DNA of 64,000 nt from an uncultured Helicobacter sp. (GCA_964516815.1 CAZEXK010000004.1:19255-83254); one strand, 5' to 3'. Positions 39,176 to 50,046 are shown, numbered from the stretch's first letter. The notes: generated by a model from the letters alone, not told the origin. Made by a program: numbers and translations.

Positions 39176-40435
39176 ATGAACTCACAAACAGATGCATTAC
39201 ATTTTGGATATGAAAAAGACTCACAATCCACCATGGCTGTTCCTATTTATATGAGTACTGCTTATGAGTTTAGAAATAGTGAACATGCTGCTAATTTATT
39301 TGCATTAAAAGAACTTGGAAACATATATACAAGACTTATGAATCCTACAAATGCAGTATTTGAAAAACGATTTGCTCAAGTTGAAGGTGGAATTGCTGCA
39401 ATCTCTACGGCTAGTGGTATGAGTGCTATATTTTCAACCATAGTAAATTTATGTGAAGCAGGGGACAATATTTTGGTTGCTTCGTCTGTTTATGGTGGTA
39501 CATCTACTTTAACAAATTATACAATTAAAAGAATGGGAATTAGTACAAGAAAATTTGATGTATCAAATCCAGTAAATTTAGAAGAATTAATTGATGAAAA
39601 AACAAAATTGATATTATTTGAATCGTTATCAAATCCAGGTGTTGAAGTTGCTGATTTTGATAAAATTACTAAAGTAGCCAATAAACATAAAATAATAACA
39701 GTTGTTGATAATACAGTAGCTACTGCATTTTTGTGTAAACCTTTAGAATTATCTTGTGATGTAGTTGTTCATAGTACTTCTAAATATACGGGTGGTCAAG
39801 GTTTAGCTTTAGGTGGTATAATAGTTGAGGGTGCTTTATGTGAAGCAAAAATACAAGGTAACTCAAGATATCAACACTTTAATGAACCAGATGATTCTTA
39901 TCATGGTTTAGTATATGCAGAACTTCCTTTCCCATCTTTTATTATGAGAATATTACTTTGCGTGTTAAGAGATTTAGGTGCAACTGCTAGTCCTTTCAAC
40001 TCTTGGTTAATGATACAAGGTCTAGAAACTTTGGCATTGAGAATAAAAGAACATAGTAAAAATGCTTTAGCATTGGCAGAATTTCTTCAATCACATGAAA
40101 AAGTAAAAAAAGTTAATTATCCTTTACTACAAAGTGATTCAAATTATCAAAGAGCAAAAAAATATTTTAACGGTGGTGCTAGTGGCTTATTGAGTTTTGT
40201 TGTTGATGATTTTGATACAGCAGTAAAAATTGCTGATAGTACAGAAATATTTTCTGTAGTTGTGAATATAGGAGATAGTAAATCTTTAATAGTACATCCT
40301 GCTTCAACAACTCATCAACAACTATCAAAAAAAGAATTAGAAGCATCAGGAATAAGTGATTCTTTAGTTCGTATTTCTGCTGGTTTGGAAAATATAGATG
40401 ACTTGATTGCTGATTTAACAAAAGCACTAGGATAA
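39176..40435 (+). CDS. metY: O-acetylhomoserine aminocarboxypropyltransferase (sulfhydrylase)
   Basis: 419-aa ORF of the Cys/Met PLP family: AVPIYMSTAYEF, GNIYTRLMNPT, and the PLP lysine in HSTSKYTGG. Confidence 0.9.
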   Translation: MNSQTDALHFGYEKDSQSTMAVPIYMSTAYEFRNSEHAANLFALKELGNIYTRLMNPTNAVFEKRFAQVEGGIAAISTASGMSAIFSTIVNLCEAGDNILVASSVYGGTSTLTNYTIKRMGISTRKFDVSNPVNLEELIDEKTKLILFESLSNPGVEVADFDKITKVANKHKIITVVDNTVATAFLCKPLELSCDVVVHSTSKYTGGQGLALGGIIVEGALCEAKIQGNSRYQHFNEPDDSYHGLVYAELPFPSFIMRILLCVLRDLGATASPFNSWLMIQGLETLALRIKEHSKNALALAEFLQSHEKVKKVNYPLLQSDSNYQRAKKYFNGGASGLLSFVVDDFDTAVKIADSTEIFSVVVNIGDSKSLIVHPASTTHQQLSKKELEASGISDSLVRISAGLENIDDLIADLTKALG

Positions 40436-40447
40436 AAATCAATATAT

Positions 40448-41545
40448 ATGAAAATTACAACAAGCAAAGCTGTATTTGAAGAACCTTTATATCTTGAAAG
40501 TGGTAGAATTTTACCAAGATATGAAATTGTTTATGAAACATATGGAAAATTAAATAAAAACAAATCAAATGTGATAGTTATTTGTCATGCATTAAGTGGT
40601 TCGCATCATGCTGCTGGATATTATGAAGGTAATAGAAAAGCAGGGTGGTGGAATGACTTAATTGGAGAGAATAAAGCAATTGATACAAATAAATATTTTG
40701 TAATTTGTATGAATAATTTAGGTTCATCTTTTGGATCAACATCACCTATGAGTATAAACCCAGATACAAAAGAAACATACAGATTAAAATTTCCCGTTCT
40801 AACTATAACTGATATTGTAAAAGCTCAAGTAAACGTACTTAATAGTTTAGATATTTTTGAAGTTAAAGCAATAATAGGTGGTAGTATGGGTGGTATGCAA
40901 GCCTTATGTTATGCTATTGAATATCCCAATTTCGCACAAAATATTATTATGTTAGCTTCAACCTCATATACAAGACCATGGGCAATTGCCTTTAATAAGA
41001 TTACAGTTGAAGCTATTAGGTCTGACAAAGACTTTAAAGATGGATATTATGATGTAAATAGTATAAAAGAAAATGGATTAAATGGATTAGCTATTGGAAG
41101 AATGGCTGGACATATTTCTTATTTATCACCAAGTAGTATGGATGAGAAATTTTCTAGAAAATATGTAAATCAAGATGGATTATATGAATTATTTGGTAGA
41201 TTTGAAGTTGAAAGATACTTAGAATACAATGGATATAATTTCCCTTATAATTTTGATCCTTTATCGTATATATATATTGTAAAAACAATGAATATATTTA
41301 ATGCGGCTAGAGGTAGTGATAAACTAGATGAAAGTTTAGCAAAGATAAAATCTCAATTGCACCTTTTTTCTTTTTCAGGAGATATGTTATTTAGACCTGA
41401 AGAAATGAAAGAAATTTTTGATATTATGAAAAAGTCAGACAAGCAAAATGTCTTTTATGAAGAGATACAAAGTACTTATGGACATGATGCATTTTTAGTT
41501 GAAGTAGAAAAATTCGAAAAACAAATTCGAAAAATATTAGGATAA
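40448..41545 (+). CDS. metX: Homoserine O-acetyltransferase
   Basis: 365-aa alpha/beta hydrolase with LESGRIL...YETYG, nucleophile elbow GGSMGGMQ and a C-terminal GHDAFL. Confidence 0.92.
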   Translation: MKITTSKAVFEEPLYLESGRILPRYEIVYETYGKLNKNKSNVIVICHALSGSHHAAGYYEGNRKAGWWNDLIGENKAIDTNKYFVICMNNLGSSFGSTSPMSINPDTKETYRLKFPVLTITDIVKAQVNVLNSLDIFEVKAIIGGSMGGMQALCYAIEYPNFAQNIIMLASTSYTRPWAIAFNKITVEAIRSDKDFKDGYYDVNSIKENGLNGLAIGRMAGHISYLSPSSMDEKFSRKYVNQDGLYELFGRFEVERYLEYNGYNFPYNFDPLSYIYIVKTMNIFNAARGSDKLDESLAKIKSQLHLFSFSGDMLFRPEEMKEIFDIMKKSDKQNVFYEEIQSTYGHDAFLVEVEKFEKQIRKILG

Positions 41546-41548
41546 AAC

Positions 41549-41740
41549 ATGAAAAAAGAAGAAGAAATTAGTTTTGAGGACAAAATTACAGAAGCAAAAA
41601 AACATTTGGAAAAATTAATGAATCCAGATATTACTTTGTCAAACAGTGTAAAAGAGTATAAAGAGGGACTAAAACAGTTAGAAATTGCTCAAAAGCTTCT
41701 AGATGATGCTAAGCTTCATTTTGAAGTTATTGAACAATGA
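41549..41740 (+). CDS. xseB: Exodeoxyribonuclease VII small subunit
   Basis: 63-aa helical ORF with the characteristic SFE..I.E....KLMNPDITLSNSVKEYKEG pattern. Confidence 0.85.
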   Translation: MKKEEEISFEDKITEAKKHLEKLMNPDITLSNSVKEYKEGLKQLEIAQKLLDDAKLHFEVIEQ

Positions 41741-41741
41741 T

Positions 41742-42794
41742 TTATATTAAATCTGTAGTCTTTTTTAATCTATTTGTATCAAAATGAGTATATATTCTAG
41801 AAGTATTAATATCAGCATGTCCAAGTGCTTCTTGGACAAGTATTAAATCTTGATGTTTATTGTATAAAAGAGTGGCAAAACTATGTCTTAACATATGAGC
41901 TCCATTTTTTTCTTTTCTAATTCCACAACTTAATAAAATCTTTTCAACCGTACGACTAATATAGCTTTGAGTTAATGGTTTTGCTTTAGAGTTACATAAT
42001 AATAAGTTATTTTCACATGATCTTAAGTCCATCCATTGCTTCAAATCATCCTGTATTACACTTGCTTTTATCATAACTACGCGTGGCTTATTACCTTTAC
42101 CTCTTATTTGAAGTAAATATACATCTTTTTCTTGAAATAAATCTTTTATTTTTAAATTTATGGCTTCAGATACTCTAATACCAGTATATAAAATAATTTT
42201 AATGATTAATTTATTTCTAGCTTTTATTTTGTTTGAGAATTTATAAGTATCTAAATGTGATATAAAAGTATCAATTTCAATTTTATTCATAAAAGAGGGT
42301 AGTTTAGTACCTTTATTACCACCCAGTCCTCCCCAATTTTTTAATTGAATATTGTATAAATATACATTGTTACTTGAGGATTCATTTTGCCTATCTATAT
42401 ATGAAAAAAAATTTACAATAGCTATTTTATGGTTCTTTTTAGTAGCATCTGATAAGCCACTTGTACTTGTGGCTAAAAAGTCACTTAAAATATCTTCATC
42501 TATGTCTTTCATTGTGTAAATATTTAAATCTCTTATATAGTTATACAATTTGTATATAGGGTTAAAATATGTATTAATTCCAGCTAGTCCAATATTTCTT
42601 GCTTGTTTTACTATGGTTTTTAATTCTTCTATATCATTTGTGCCGTTAACTAACATTTTTAATATATTAGATAGACTGTCTTTATCACTTACGCTGCTAT
42701 TTGATAATGATGTTAATTTACTTCTTATAAAGCGTTCACACCAAAATAACATTGTTTTATTTATATCATTATGATAATCTATATTGTACTTCAT
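41742..42794 (-). CDS. xerH: Tyrosine site-specific recombinase, XerH-like
   Basis: 350-aa ORF. The catalytic region reads ...TGIRVSEA...GKGNKPR...GAHMLRHSFATLLY...LILVQEALGHADINTSRIYTH (R..K..H-x-x-R..H..Y). The long N-terminal domain and size match Campylobacterota XerH as recalled. A dif-like site lies 31 bp upstream. Confidence 0.75.
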   Translation of the reverse strand: MKYNIDYHNDINKTMLFWCERFIRSKLTSLSNSSVSDKDSLSNILKMLVNGTNDIEELKTIVKQARNIGLAGINTYFNPIYKLYNYIRDLNIYTMKDIDEDILSDFLATSTSGLSDATKKNHKIAIVNFFSYIDRQNESSSNNVYLYNIQLKNWGGLGGNKGTKLPSFMNKIEIDTFISHLDTYKFSNKIKARNKLIIKIILYTGIRVSEAINLKIKDLFQEKDVYLLQIRGKGNKPRVVMIKASVIQDDLKQWMDLRSCENNLLLCNSKAKPLTQSYISRTVEKILLSCGIRKEKNGAHMLRHSFATLLYNKHQDLILVQEALGHADINTSRIYTHFDTNRLKKTTDLI

Positions 42795-42824
42795 ATTTAT
42801 CCTTTTTAGTAATTATATCATAAT

Positions 42825-42852
42825 TGTCTTGAAAACTATAATTTTCAAACTG
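42825..42852. other. Candidate dif site (difH type): TGTCTTGAAAA-CTATAA-TTTTCAAACTG
   Basis: A 28-bp site with palindromic inner arms (TTGAAAA/TTTTCAA) around a 6-bp spacer. The core GAAAACTATAATTTTC is identical to the core of the lactococcal/streptococcal difSL as I recall it. It lies in the 76-bp gap upstream of the XerH-like gene. Confidence 0.6.
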
Positions 42853-42870
42853 TTATGTGTTTTAACTAGA

Positions 42871-44352
42871 CTAGTACCCTAACACATTAATATAATTAGC
42901 ATTAGAATCTTGTGTACCAGTAAGCATAGAGCCTTGTTTTTTTAAAAATTGTATGTATTCTATTATTTCTTTATTTATTCTTTCTCCTGGAGTAATTATT
43001 GGTATACCTGGAGGATATGCCATTATAAACTCAGCGCTAACATCTCCTTGACAATCTTCTAGTAGTTTTTTTCTTTTATGAGAATAAAAAGCATCTCTTG
43101 GACTAACTATGACTTCAGGATTATGTAAAGTAACTTTATTTAATATTAAAGCTTTATTTTGATTTTTTTGTGATATTTGTTTTAGAGCAAATATTAGTTT
43201 ATTTATATTTTCTTTTGTATCACCTATACTTAATACAGCTAAGGTGTTATATGCATCCCCAAATTCCATTTGTATATTATACTCATCTCTTAAGATATCA
43301 TACACTTCAAAGCCTGTTAACCCAATGTCGTTAACTTTTATTGATAATTTTGTTTCATCAAAACCATAAGTACTATCATCTGTGTTAAGTAACTCCAGCC
43401 CAAACGAACTAAGTCCTCTTATTTTATTTATTTCTATTCTTGCATATCTTGAAAGTTCTAATACTCTTTTAAATTCTTTTCGTCCATTTATAGCTAAATT
43501 TTTTCTAGCAACATCCAAACTAGCCATAAGAAGATATGATGCACTAGTTGTTTGCATCATATTAAGTATAGTTTTTATATGATTAGTACTTATATTTTCA
43601 TTTCTTATAAGTAAAATAGAACTTTGAGTGAGTGAACCACCAGTTTTATGCATGCTAATTGTACTTATATCAGCCTTAGCATTCATGGCTGATACAGGAA
43701 AACTATCATTAAAGTTCAAATGTGAACCATGTGCTTCATCTACAAGCACTAACATATTATATTTATGTGCATAATTTACTATTTTTTTAATATCTGTACA
43801 AAAACCATAATATGTTGGATTTGTTATTAGTATAGCTTTTGCATCTAAGTTTTCATCAATTGTTTTTTTTACATTTTGGAAACTTACATTAAATGCTATG
43901 CCTAAATCATTGTTAATATTTGGTTGAATATAAGCAGGTATGGCATCTGCTAGTATTAAACCATTTATAGCACTTCTGTGTACATTTCTTGGTAATATTA
44001 TCTTGTCTCCAGGACTGCAAGCAGCCATTATCATAGCTTGAATACCAGCTGTTGTTCCATTTACCAAAAAAAATGCATCTGTGGCATTAAATAAACTAGC
44101 AGCTAATTGCTCAGCTTCTTTTATAATACCAATTGGATTTGATAAGTTATCAAGTGGTTTAGATGAGTTAACATCTACTTGCATAATAGTATCACCAAAA
44201 TAATCAGTAAATTCTCTAAGCCCTCTTCCTTGTTTATGTCCTGGCACGTCAAAAGGAATTATTTTTTTTTCATGATAATTTTTCATAGCTTCAAATAAAG
44301 GCATCTTATTTTGATTTTTTTGCACACTAATTCCTATTTTTATAGTCATCAT
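42871..44352 (-). CDS. PLP-dependent Orn/Lys/Arg decarboxylase (fold-type I, B. subtilis SpeA/YaaO-like)
   Basis: 493-aa ORF with FDVPGHKQG and the PLP lysine in SMHKTGGSLTQSS. The first 26 nt overlap nspC. More likely starts are GTG 44325 (AGGAattagtGTG) or ATG 44304 (MPLFEAMKNYH). Confidence 0.8.
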   Translation of the reverse strand: MMTIKIGISVQKNQNKMPLFEAMKNYHEKKIIPFDVPGHKQGRGLREFTDYFGDTIMQVDVNSSKPLDNLSNPIGIIKEAEQLAASLFNATDAFFLVNGTTAGIQAMIMAACSPGDKIILPRNVHRSAINGLILADAIPAYIQPNINNDLGIAFNVSFQNVKKTIDENLDAKAILITNPTYYGFCTDIKKIVNYAHKYNMLVLVDEAHGSHLNFNDSFPVSAMNAKADISTISMHKTGGSLTQSSILLIRNENISTNHIKTILNMMQTTSASYLLMASLDVARKNLAINGRKEFKRVLELSRYARIEINKIRGLSSFGLELLNTDDSTYGFDETKLSIKVNDIGLTGFEVYDILRDEYNIQMEFGDAYNTLAVLSIGDTKENINKLIFALKQISQKNQNKALILNKVTLHNPEVIVSPRDAFYSHKRKKLLEDCQGDVSAEFIMAYPPGIPIITPGERINKEIIEYIQFLKKQGSMLTGTQDSNANYINVLGY

Positions 44353-45493
44353 AAGAAAATGTCTTTTTTACTACTATATTTTTATTCTCATCAATAATCG
44401 CCAAATTTGGTAGTTTTATCCCATTGAATGTTGTATTTTTTACTATAGTATAATGTATCATATCTTCAAAAATTATTTTATCTCCTATTTCTAATTTCTC
44501 TTTGAAAGAATAATCTCCCATAATATCACCTGCTAAGCAAGTGTTACCTGCTAATTTGTATACAAAGTTATATTTATTTATATCTTTACTAGCATCTCTT
44601 ACATCTGCTTTATATGGCATGATGAGAGTATCTGGCATGTGTGCTTCAGCACTTGTATCTAAAACAGCTATATTCATTTCATTGTGAACAATGTCCAAAA
44701 CACTAGTTAGTAAAAAGCCAGTTTTCCATCCTATTGCTTCACCTGGTTCTAATATTACTTCTATATTTGGATATTTTTGTTTAAATTCTTTTATTATTTT
44801 TATAAGTAAATTGACATCATAATCATCTCTTGTAATATGATGCCCTCCTCCAAAATTTATCCATTTTAACTGAGAAAAATAAACAGAAAAGTTTTCTTCA
44901 AACTTTTCTAATACTTTTTTTAAATCAAGCGCATTTTGTTCAAATAAGGCATGAAAATGAAAACCATCAATATCTGAAAGTATATTTTGATTAATTAATA
45001 ATTCTTTATGAAAATTTTCTTTAGTAATACCTAATCTACTATACGTAGAGCATGGGTCATATATATTAGTACTTACACTTGATACTTCAGGATTTATTCT
45101 AAGTCCCAATGAATTTTTATTTTTAGTTTTGTTTTTAAAGCTTTTATATTGAGAAAAACTATTAAAGACAATGAAATCAGAAATATTAACAATTTGTTCA
45201 AATTCATCATGTTTAAATGCAACACTAAATGTATGTATTTGTTTTGCATCATAATCATTAGCATACATGGCTTCATGCAAGCCACTAGCACAAACACCAT
45301 CAAGGTATTTCATAACTAAAGGCATAAATGGACTAAAAGCGAAACCTTTTAATGCTAATAAGATTTTTGCTCCACTTTGTATTTTTATTTTTTTCAATAA
45401 CTTTAAATTTTTTGTTAATAAAGATTGATTACAAATATAACATGGAGTTTGTATATTTTTTAAGTTTTGTATTAAAGCTCTATTATTTTCCAC
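44327..45493 (-). CDS. nspC: Carboxynorspermidine/carboxyspermidine decarboxylase
   Basis: 388-aa ORF with a GTG start after AAGG. Motifs TPCYICNQ, ALKGF, NFGGG and LAGNTCLAGD are typical of NspC/CASDC. Confidence 0.88.
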   Translation of the reverse strand: MENNRALIQNLKNIQTPCYICNQSLLTKNLKLLKKIKIQSGAKILLALKGFAFSPFMPLVMKYLDGVCASGLHEAMYANDYDAKQIHTFSVAFKHDEFEQIVNISDFIVFNSFSQYKSFKNKTKNKNSLGLRINPEVSSVSTNIYDPCSTYSRLGITKENFHKELLINQNILSDIDGFHFHALFEQNALDLKKVLEKFEENFSVYFSQLKWINFGGGHHITRDDYDVNLLIKIIKEFKQKYPNIEVILEPGEAIGWKTGFLLTSVLDIVHNEMNIAVLDTSAEAHMPDTLIMPYKADVRDASKDINKYNFVYKLAGNTCLAGDIMGDYSFKEKLEIGDKIIFEDMIHYTIVKNTTFNGIKLPNLAIIDENKNIVVKKTFSYDDYKNRN

Positions 45494-46665
45494 GCTAAAC
45501 CTTGTGTGTTCATTTCGTCCATAAATGGTTTTGGATCAAATTCTTCTATATTTTTTGTACCTTTTAAATTCCAAGTATTGTTATATATAAGTTTACTACC
45601 AATCATTGCTGGAACTCCCGTAGTAAAGCTTACACATTGTGATGATGTTTGTTTATATGCCTCTTGATGATTACATACTTGATAAATATAATATTTTTTT
45701 CTTTGTTTATTTTTTATGCCTTCAATAACACAACCAATATTTGTTTGTCCCTTTGTTCTAACTCCCAAACTTGAAGGATCAGGTAAAAGTGTACTTAAAA
45801 ATTCTATTGGTATTATTTTTTGCCCCTTATGCTCTACTTCTTTAATTCCTAACATACCTATATTCTGTAAACAATTCATATGTGTTATGTAAGAATCTGA
45901 AAATGTCATGAAAAACCTGATTCTTTTTAAACCTTTTATATTTTTACTCAAACTTTCTAATTCCTCATGATAAAGCAAATAAGATGGACGAACTCCAATT
46001 TGTGGATAATCCCAATCAAGTTTTATTTCTAGAGGTTTAGTTTCTATCCACTGTCCCATCTCCCAATATTTACCATTTGCACTAACTTCTCTTAGGTTTA
46101 TTTCTGGATTAAAGTTTGTAGCAAAGGCATATCCATGATCACCGTCATTACAATCCATAATATCAATATACTCAATGCTATTAAATAAATATTTTTGTGC
46201 ATAAGCACAAAATACTCCCGTAACTCCTGGATCAAAACCACTTCCTAATAATGCAGTAGTATCTGAATTAATAAAATTTTGATTTCTTTCCCATTGTTCT
46301 TTATATTGAAACTTTGCTATACTAGGATGCTCATAATTTGCTGTATCTACATAATGCGTACTTGTAGCACTACAAGCATCCATGATAGTTAAATCTTGAT
46401 ATGGTAAGGCCACATTTAATAGTAATTTTATATTTAACTTTTGAATTAATAAAATCAATTCTTGAGTATTTTGAGCATTTATTGTACAAATATCTATATG
46501 TACATTTATTTTATCTTTGATTGTTTTTTGTATATTTTCGCATCTACTTAATGTCCTACTAGCCAAAGTTATATGCTTAAATGTATTTATATTTTGTGCA
46601 CATTTAAAAGTTGCAACACCAGATACTCCACCTGCCCCAATTATTAGTATACCTTGCTTGTTCAT
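45472..46665 (-). CDS. Carboxynorspermidine synthase / saccharopine dehydrogenase-family protein (CANSDH/CASDH)
   Basis: 397-aa ORF with a Rossmann motif (ILIIGAGGVSGV), then DTANYE, GFDPGVTGVF and GDHGYAFATNFNPE, as in Vibrio/Campylobacter CANSDH. Confidence 0.85.
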   Translation of the reverse strand: MNKQGILIIGAGGVSGVATFKCAQNINTFKHITLASRTLSRCENIQKTIKDKINVHIDICTINAQNTQELILLIQKLNIKLLLNVALPYQDLTIMDACSATSTHYVDTANYEHPSIAKFQYKEQWERNQNFINSDTTALLGSGFDPGVTGVFCAYAQKYLFNSIEYIDIMDCNDGDHGYAFATNFNPEINLREVSANGKYWEMGQWIETKPLEIKLDWDYPQIGVRPSYLLYHEELESLSKNIKGLKRIRFFMTFSDSYITHMNCLQNIGMLGIKEVEHKGQKIIPIEFLSTLLPDPSSLGVRTKGQTNIGCVIEGIKNKQRKKYYIYQVCNHQEAYKQTSSQCVSFTTGVPAMIGSKLIYNNTWNLKGTKNIEEFDPKPFMDEMNTQGLAWKIIEL

Positions 46666-46767
46666 ATTGTATTTCCTAAAGTAATATAGGGCTATTTTAT
46701 CTAAATTAGTATAATTATATATATAAATTTTGATACAATAATAAGTAAATTAAACTAAGGAATAATT

Positions 46768-47499
46768 ATTAATAGCAAATCCAAATTAAAAGTAACAATC
46801 GATATTTATAATGGTGTTGCAATAAATACTAATAATTTACCAAATAATACAAAAGACTTTGAAAATGAACTTATAATTTTAATACAAGAAGTTCAAGATA
46901 AAAATTTGCTATGGATTAAATTATGTATAAGTAAAAGCTCTTTAATAGTTATACTAAATAAACATAATTTTGTATTTCATCACTGCAATGAGGAAGATAT
47001 TACACTTGTTAAAAAACTAATACCAAAGCCTATAATACCAACTGCAAAAAATCATACATTGGGAGTAGGAGCAGTTGTAATTAATAAAAAAAAACTACTA
47101 GTAATAAAAGATAGATTTAACCTAGGTTATAAGTTACCAGGAGGGCATATTGATAATAATGAAAATATAACTACCGCATTAAAAAGAGAAGTTTTAGAAG
47201 AAACAGGAATTAGTGTTGAATTTGTAAGTATTGTTAATTTGGGACATTTTACAAAAGCACAATTTGGAGAATCAAATTTATATATACTGTGTACTGCAAA
47301 GCCACTATCATATGAAATAAATATACAAGATACACAAGAGATTATTGAAGCTAAATGGATAGATATAGATGAATTTTTAAAAGATAATGAAGTACATGAA
47401 TACAATAAACATATAGTAAAATCTGCCCTTAATAATAAAGGGCTTGAATTTCAAAAAAATAAGTTGATTTTAAATAAGCAAAATCAATTATTTTTTTAA
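46768..47499 (+). CDS. Nudix hydrolase with pre-Nudix N-terminal domain (AtNUDT2/6/7-like ADP-ribose/NADH pyrophosphatase type); apparent non-canonical ATT start
   Basis: Nudix box GGHIDNNENITTALKREVLEETGI. The frame is open from 46759, and residues upstream of the track's TTG (46906) are clearly homologous coding sequence: DIYNGV...F..EL......Q.KNLLWIKL...FVFHH. No ATG, GTG or TTG lies between 46759 and 46905. AAGGA (46757-61) plus 6 nt leads to ATT at 46768. Confidence 0.7.
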   Translation: MNSKSKLKVTIDIYNGVAINTNNLPNNTKDFENELIILIQEVQDKNLLWIKLCISKSSLIVILNKHNFVFHHCNEEDITLVKKLIPKPIIPTAKNHTLGVGAVVINKKKLLVIKDRFNLGYKLPGGHIDNNENITTALKREVLEETGISVEFVSIVNLGHFTKAQFGESNLYILCTAKPLSYEINIQDTQEIIEAKWIDIDEFLKDNEVHEYNKHIVKSALNNKGLEFQKNKLILNKQNQLFF

Positions 47500-47525
47500 T
47501 AATTTAAGTTATTGTTTGTTTAACA

Positions 47526-47868
47526 TTAAAATAAGTAGCTAAATGAAATGTCTGTACTATCAACATCTGCTGTAAATGGCACTGTTCCAGATAGTTCTGG
47601 ATTTGCTGTGTTAATGTTTCCACCAATTCCAAGTAAGATATTTTCAGTAGCTTTGTATTCAAAACCATATCTAAAAGCTAATCCTACAGCACTTGCTGAT
47701 GTATCTTGTGCATCCCATGCAACTTTAACAGATGATACTCCTGCCCCTAAGTAAAAACCTTGTCTAGCTCCAAAATTATTAAAACTATAATCATATGTAA
47801 CAGAAAGTACAGTTGCTTTTAATAATTCTGAGATGAAAGATGTAACTTTTGCGTTTAATACAAAAATT
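47526..47868 (-). pseudogene. Remnant of an outer-membrane beta-barrel protein gene (C-terminal half only, frameshifted, no start codon)
   Basis: The minus-strand frame at 47529-47819 reads KATVLSVTYDYSFNNFGARQGFYLGAGVSSVKVAWDAQDTSASAVGLAFRYGFEYKATENILLGIGGNINTANPELSGTVPFTADVDSTDISFSYLF*. It has alternating beta-strand periodicity and a terminal aromatic F. An in-frame TAA lies at 47822-47820. The upstream piece (FVLNAKVTSFISELLK) is in another frame across a T5/A5 run, with no signal peptide or initiator. Confidence 0.6.
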
Positions 47869-47904
47869 TATTAAATATATATATAAAAAGCAATATAAAT
47901 CTAG

Positions 47905-49868
<1,964 letters not shown>

Positions 49869-49900
49869 ATCTTAATTGATACTATTATAAGGAATAAGAT

Positions 49901-50005
49901 ATGAAAAAGATTTTTAATTATATTTATGACAAGTATGGTAATTATATATTGTGGATATTACTAGTTATTCAAGCACTTGCTGTTTCTATATCTTCTTACA
50001 AATAA
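49901..50005 (+). CDS. Candidate small membrane protein (34 aa)
   Basis: AAGGAataagatATG, translating to MKKIFNYIYDKYGNYILWILLVIQALAVSISSYK*. It has one hydrophobic segment and is below the ORF-track size cutoff. Confidence 0.3.
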   Translation: MKKIFNYIYDKYGNYILWILLVIQALAVSISSYK

Positions 50006-50046
50006 AAAATACTTATTGTTTTATTTTAACTTAAAACACAATTATG

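Noticed and set aside
41742-42794. The tyrosine recombinase as a marker of an integrated prophage or genomic island.
   Set aside because: No phage, IS or conjugation genes flank it, and its neighbours are housekeeping genes (xseB, polyamine operon). Its size, N-terminal domain and the adjacent dif-like palindrome fit the chromosomal XerH dimer-resolution system instead.
44262-44270. Homopolymeric A/T runs as phase-variation switches: T9 at 44262-44270 in the decarboxylase gene, and A9 runs near 18845 and 8695.
   Set aside because: Runs of 8-10 A/T are expected by composition in DNA this AT-rich. Known Campylobacterota contingency loci use poly-G/C, and I saw no poly-G/C tract of 7 or more anywhere in the window.
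47548-47754. 68-aa plus-strand ORF in the Nudix-ligA gap.
   Set aside because: It is the antisense shadow of the outer-membrane beta-barrel remnant on the minus strand, which has far better protein-like features, including the terminal ...SFSYLF.
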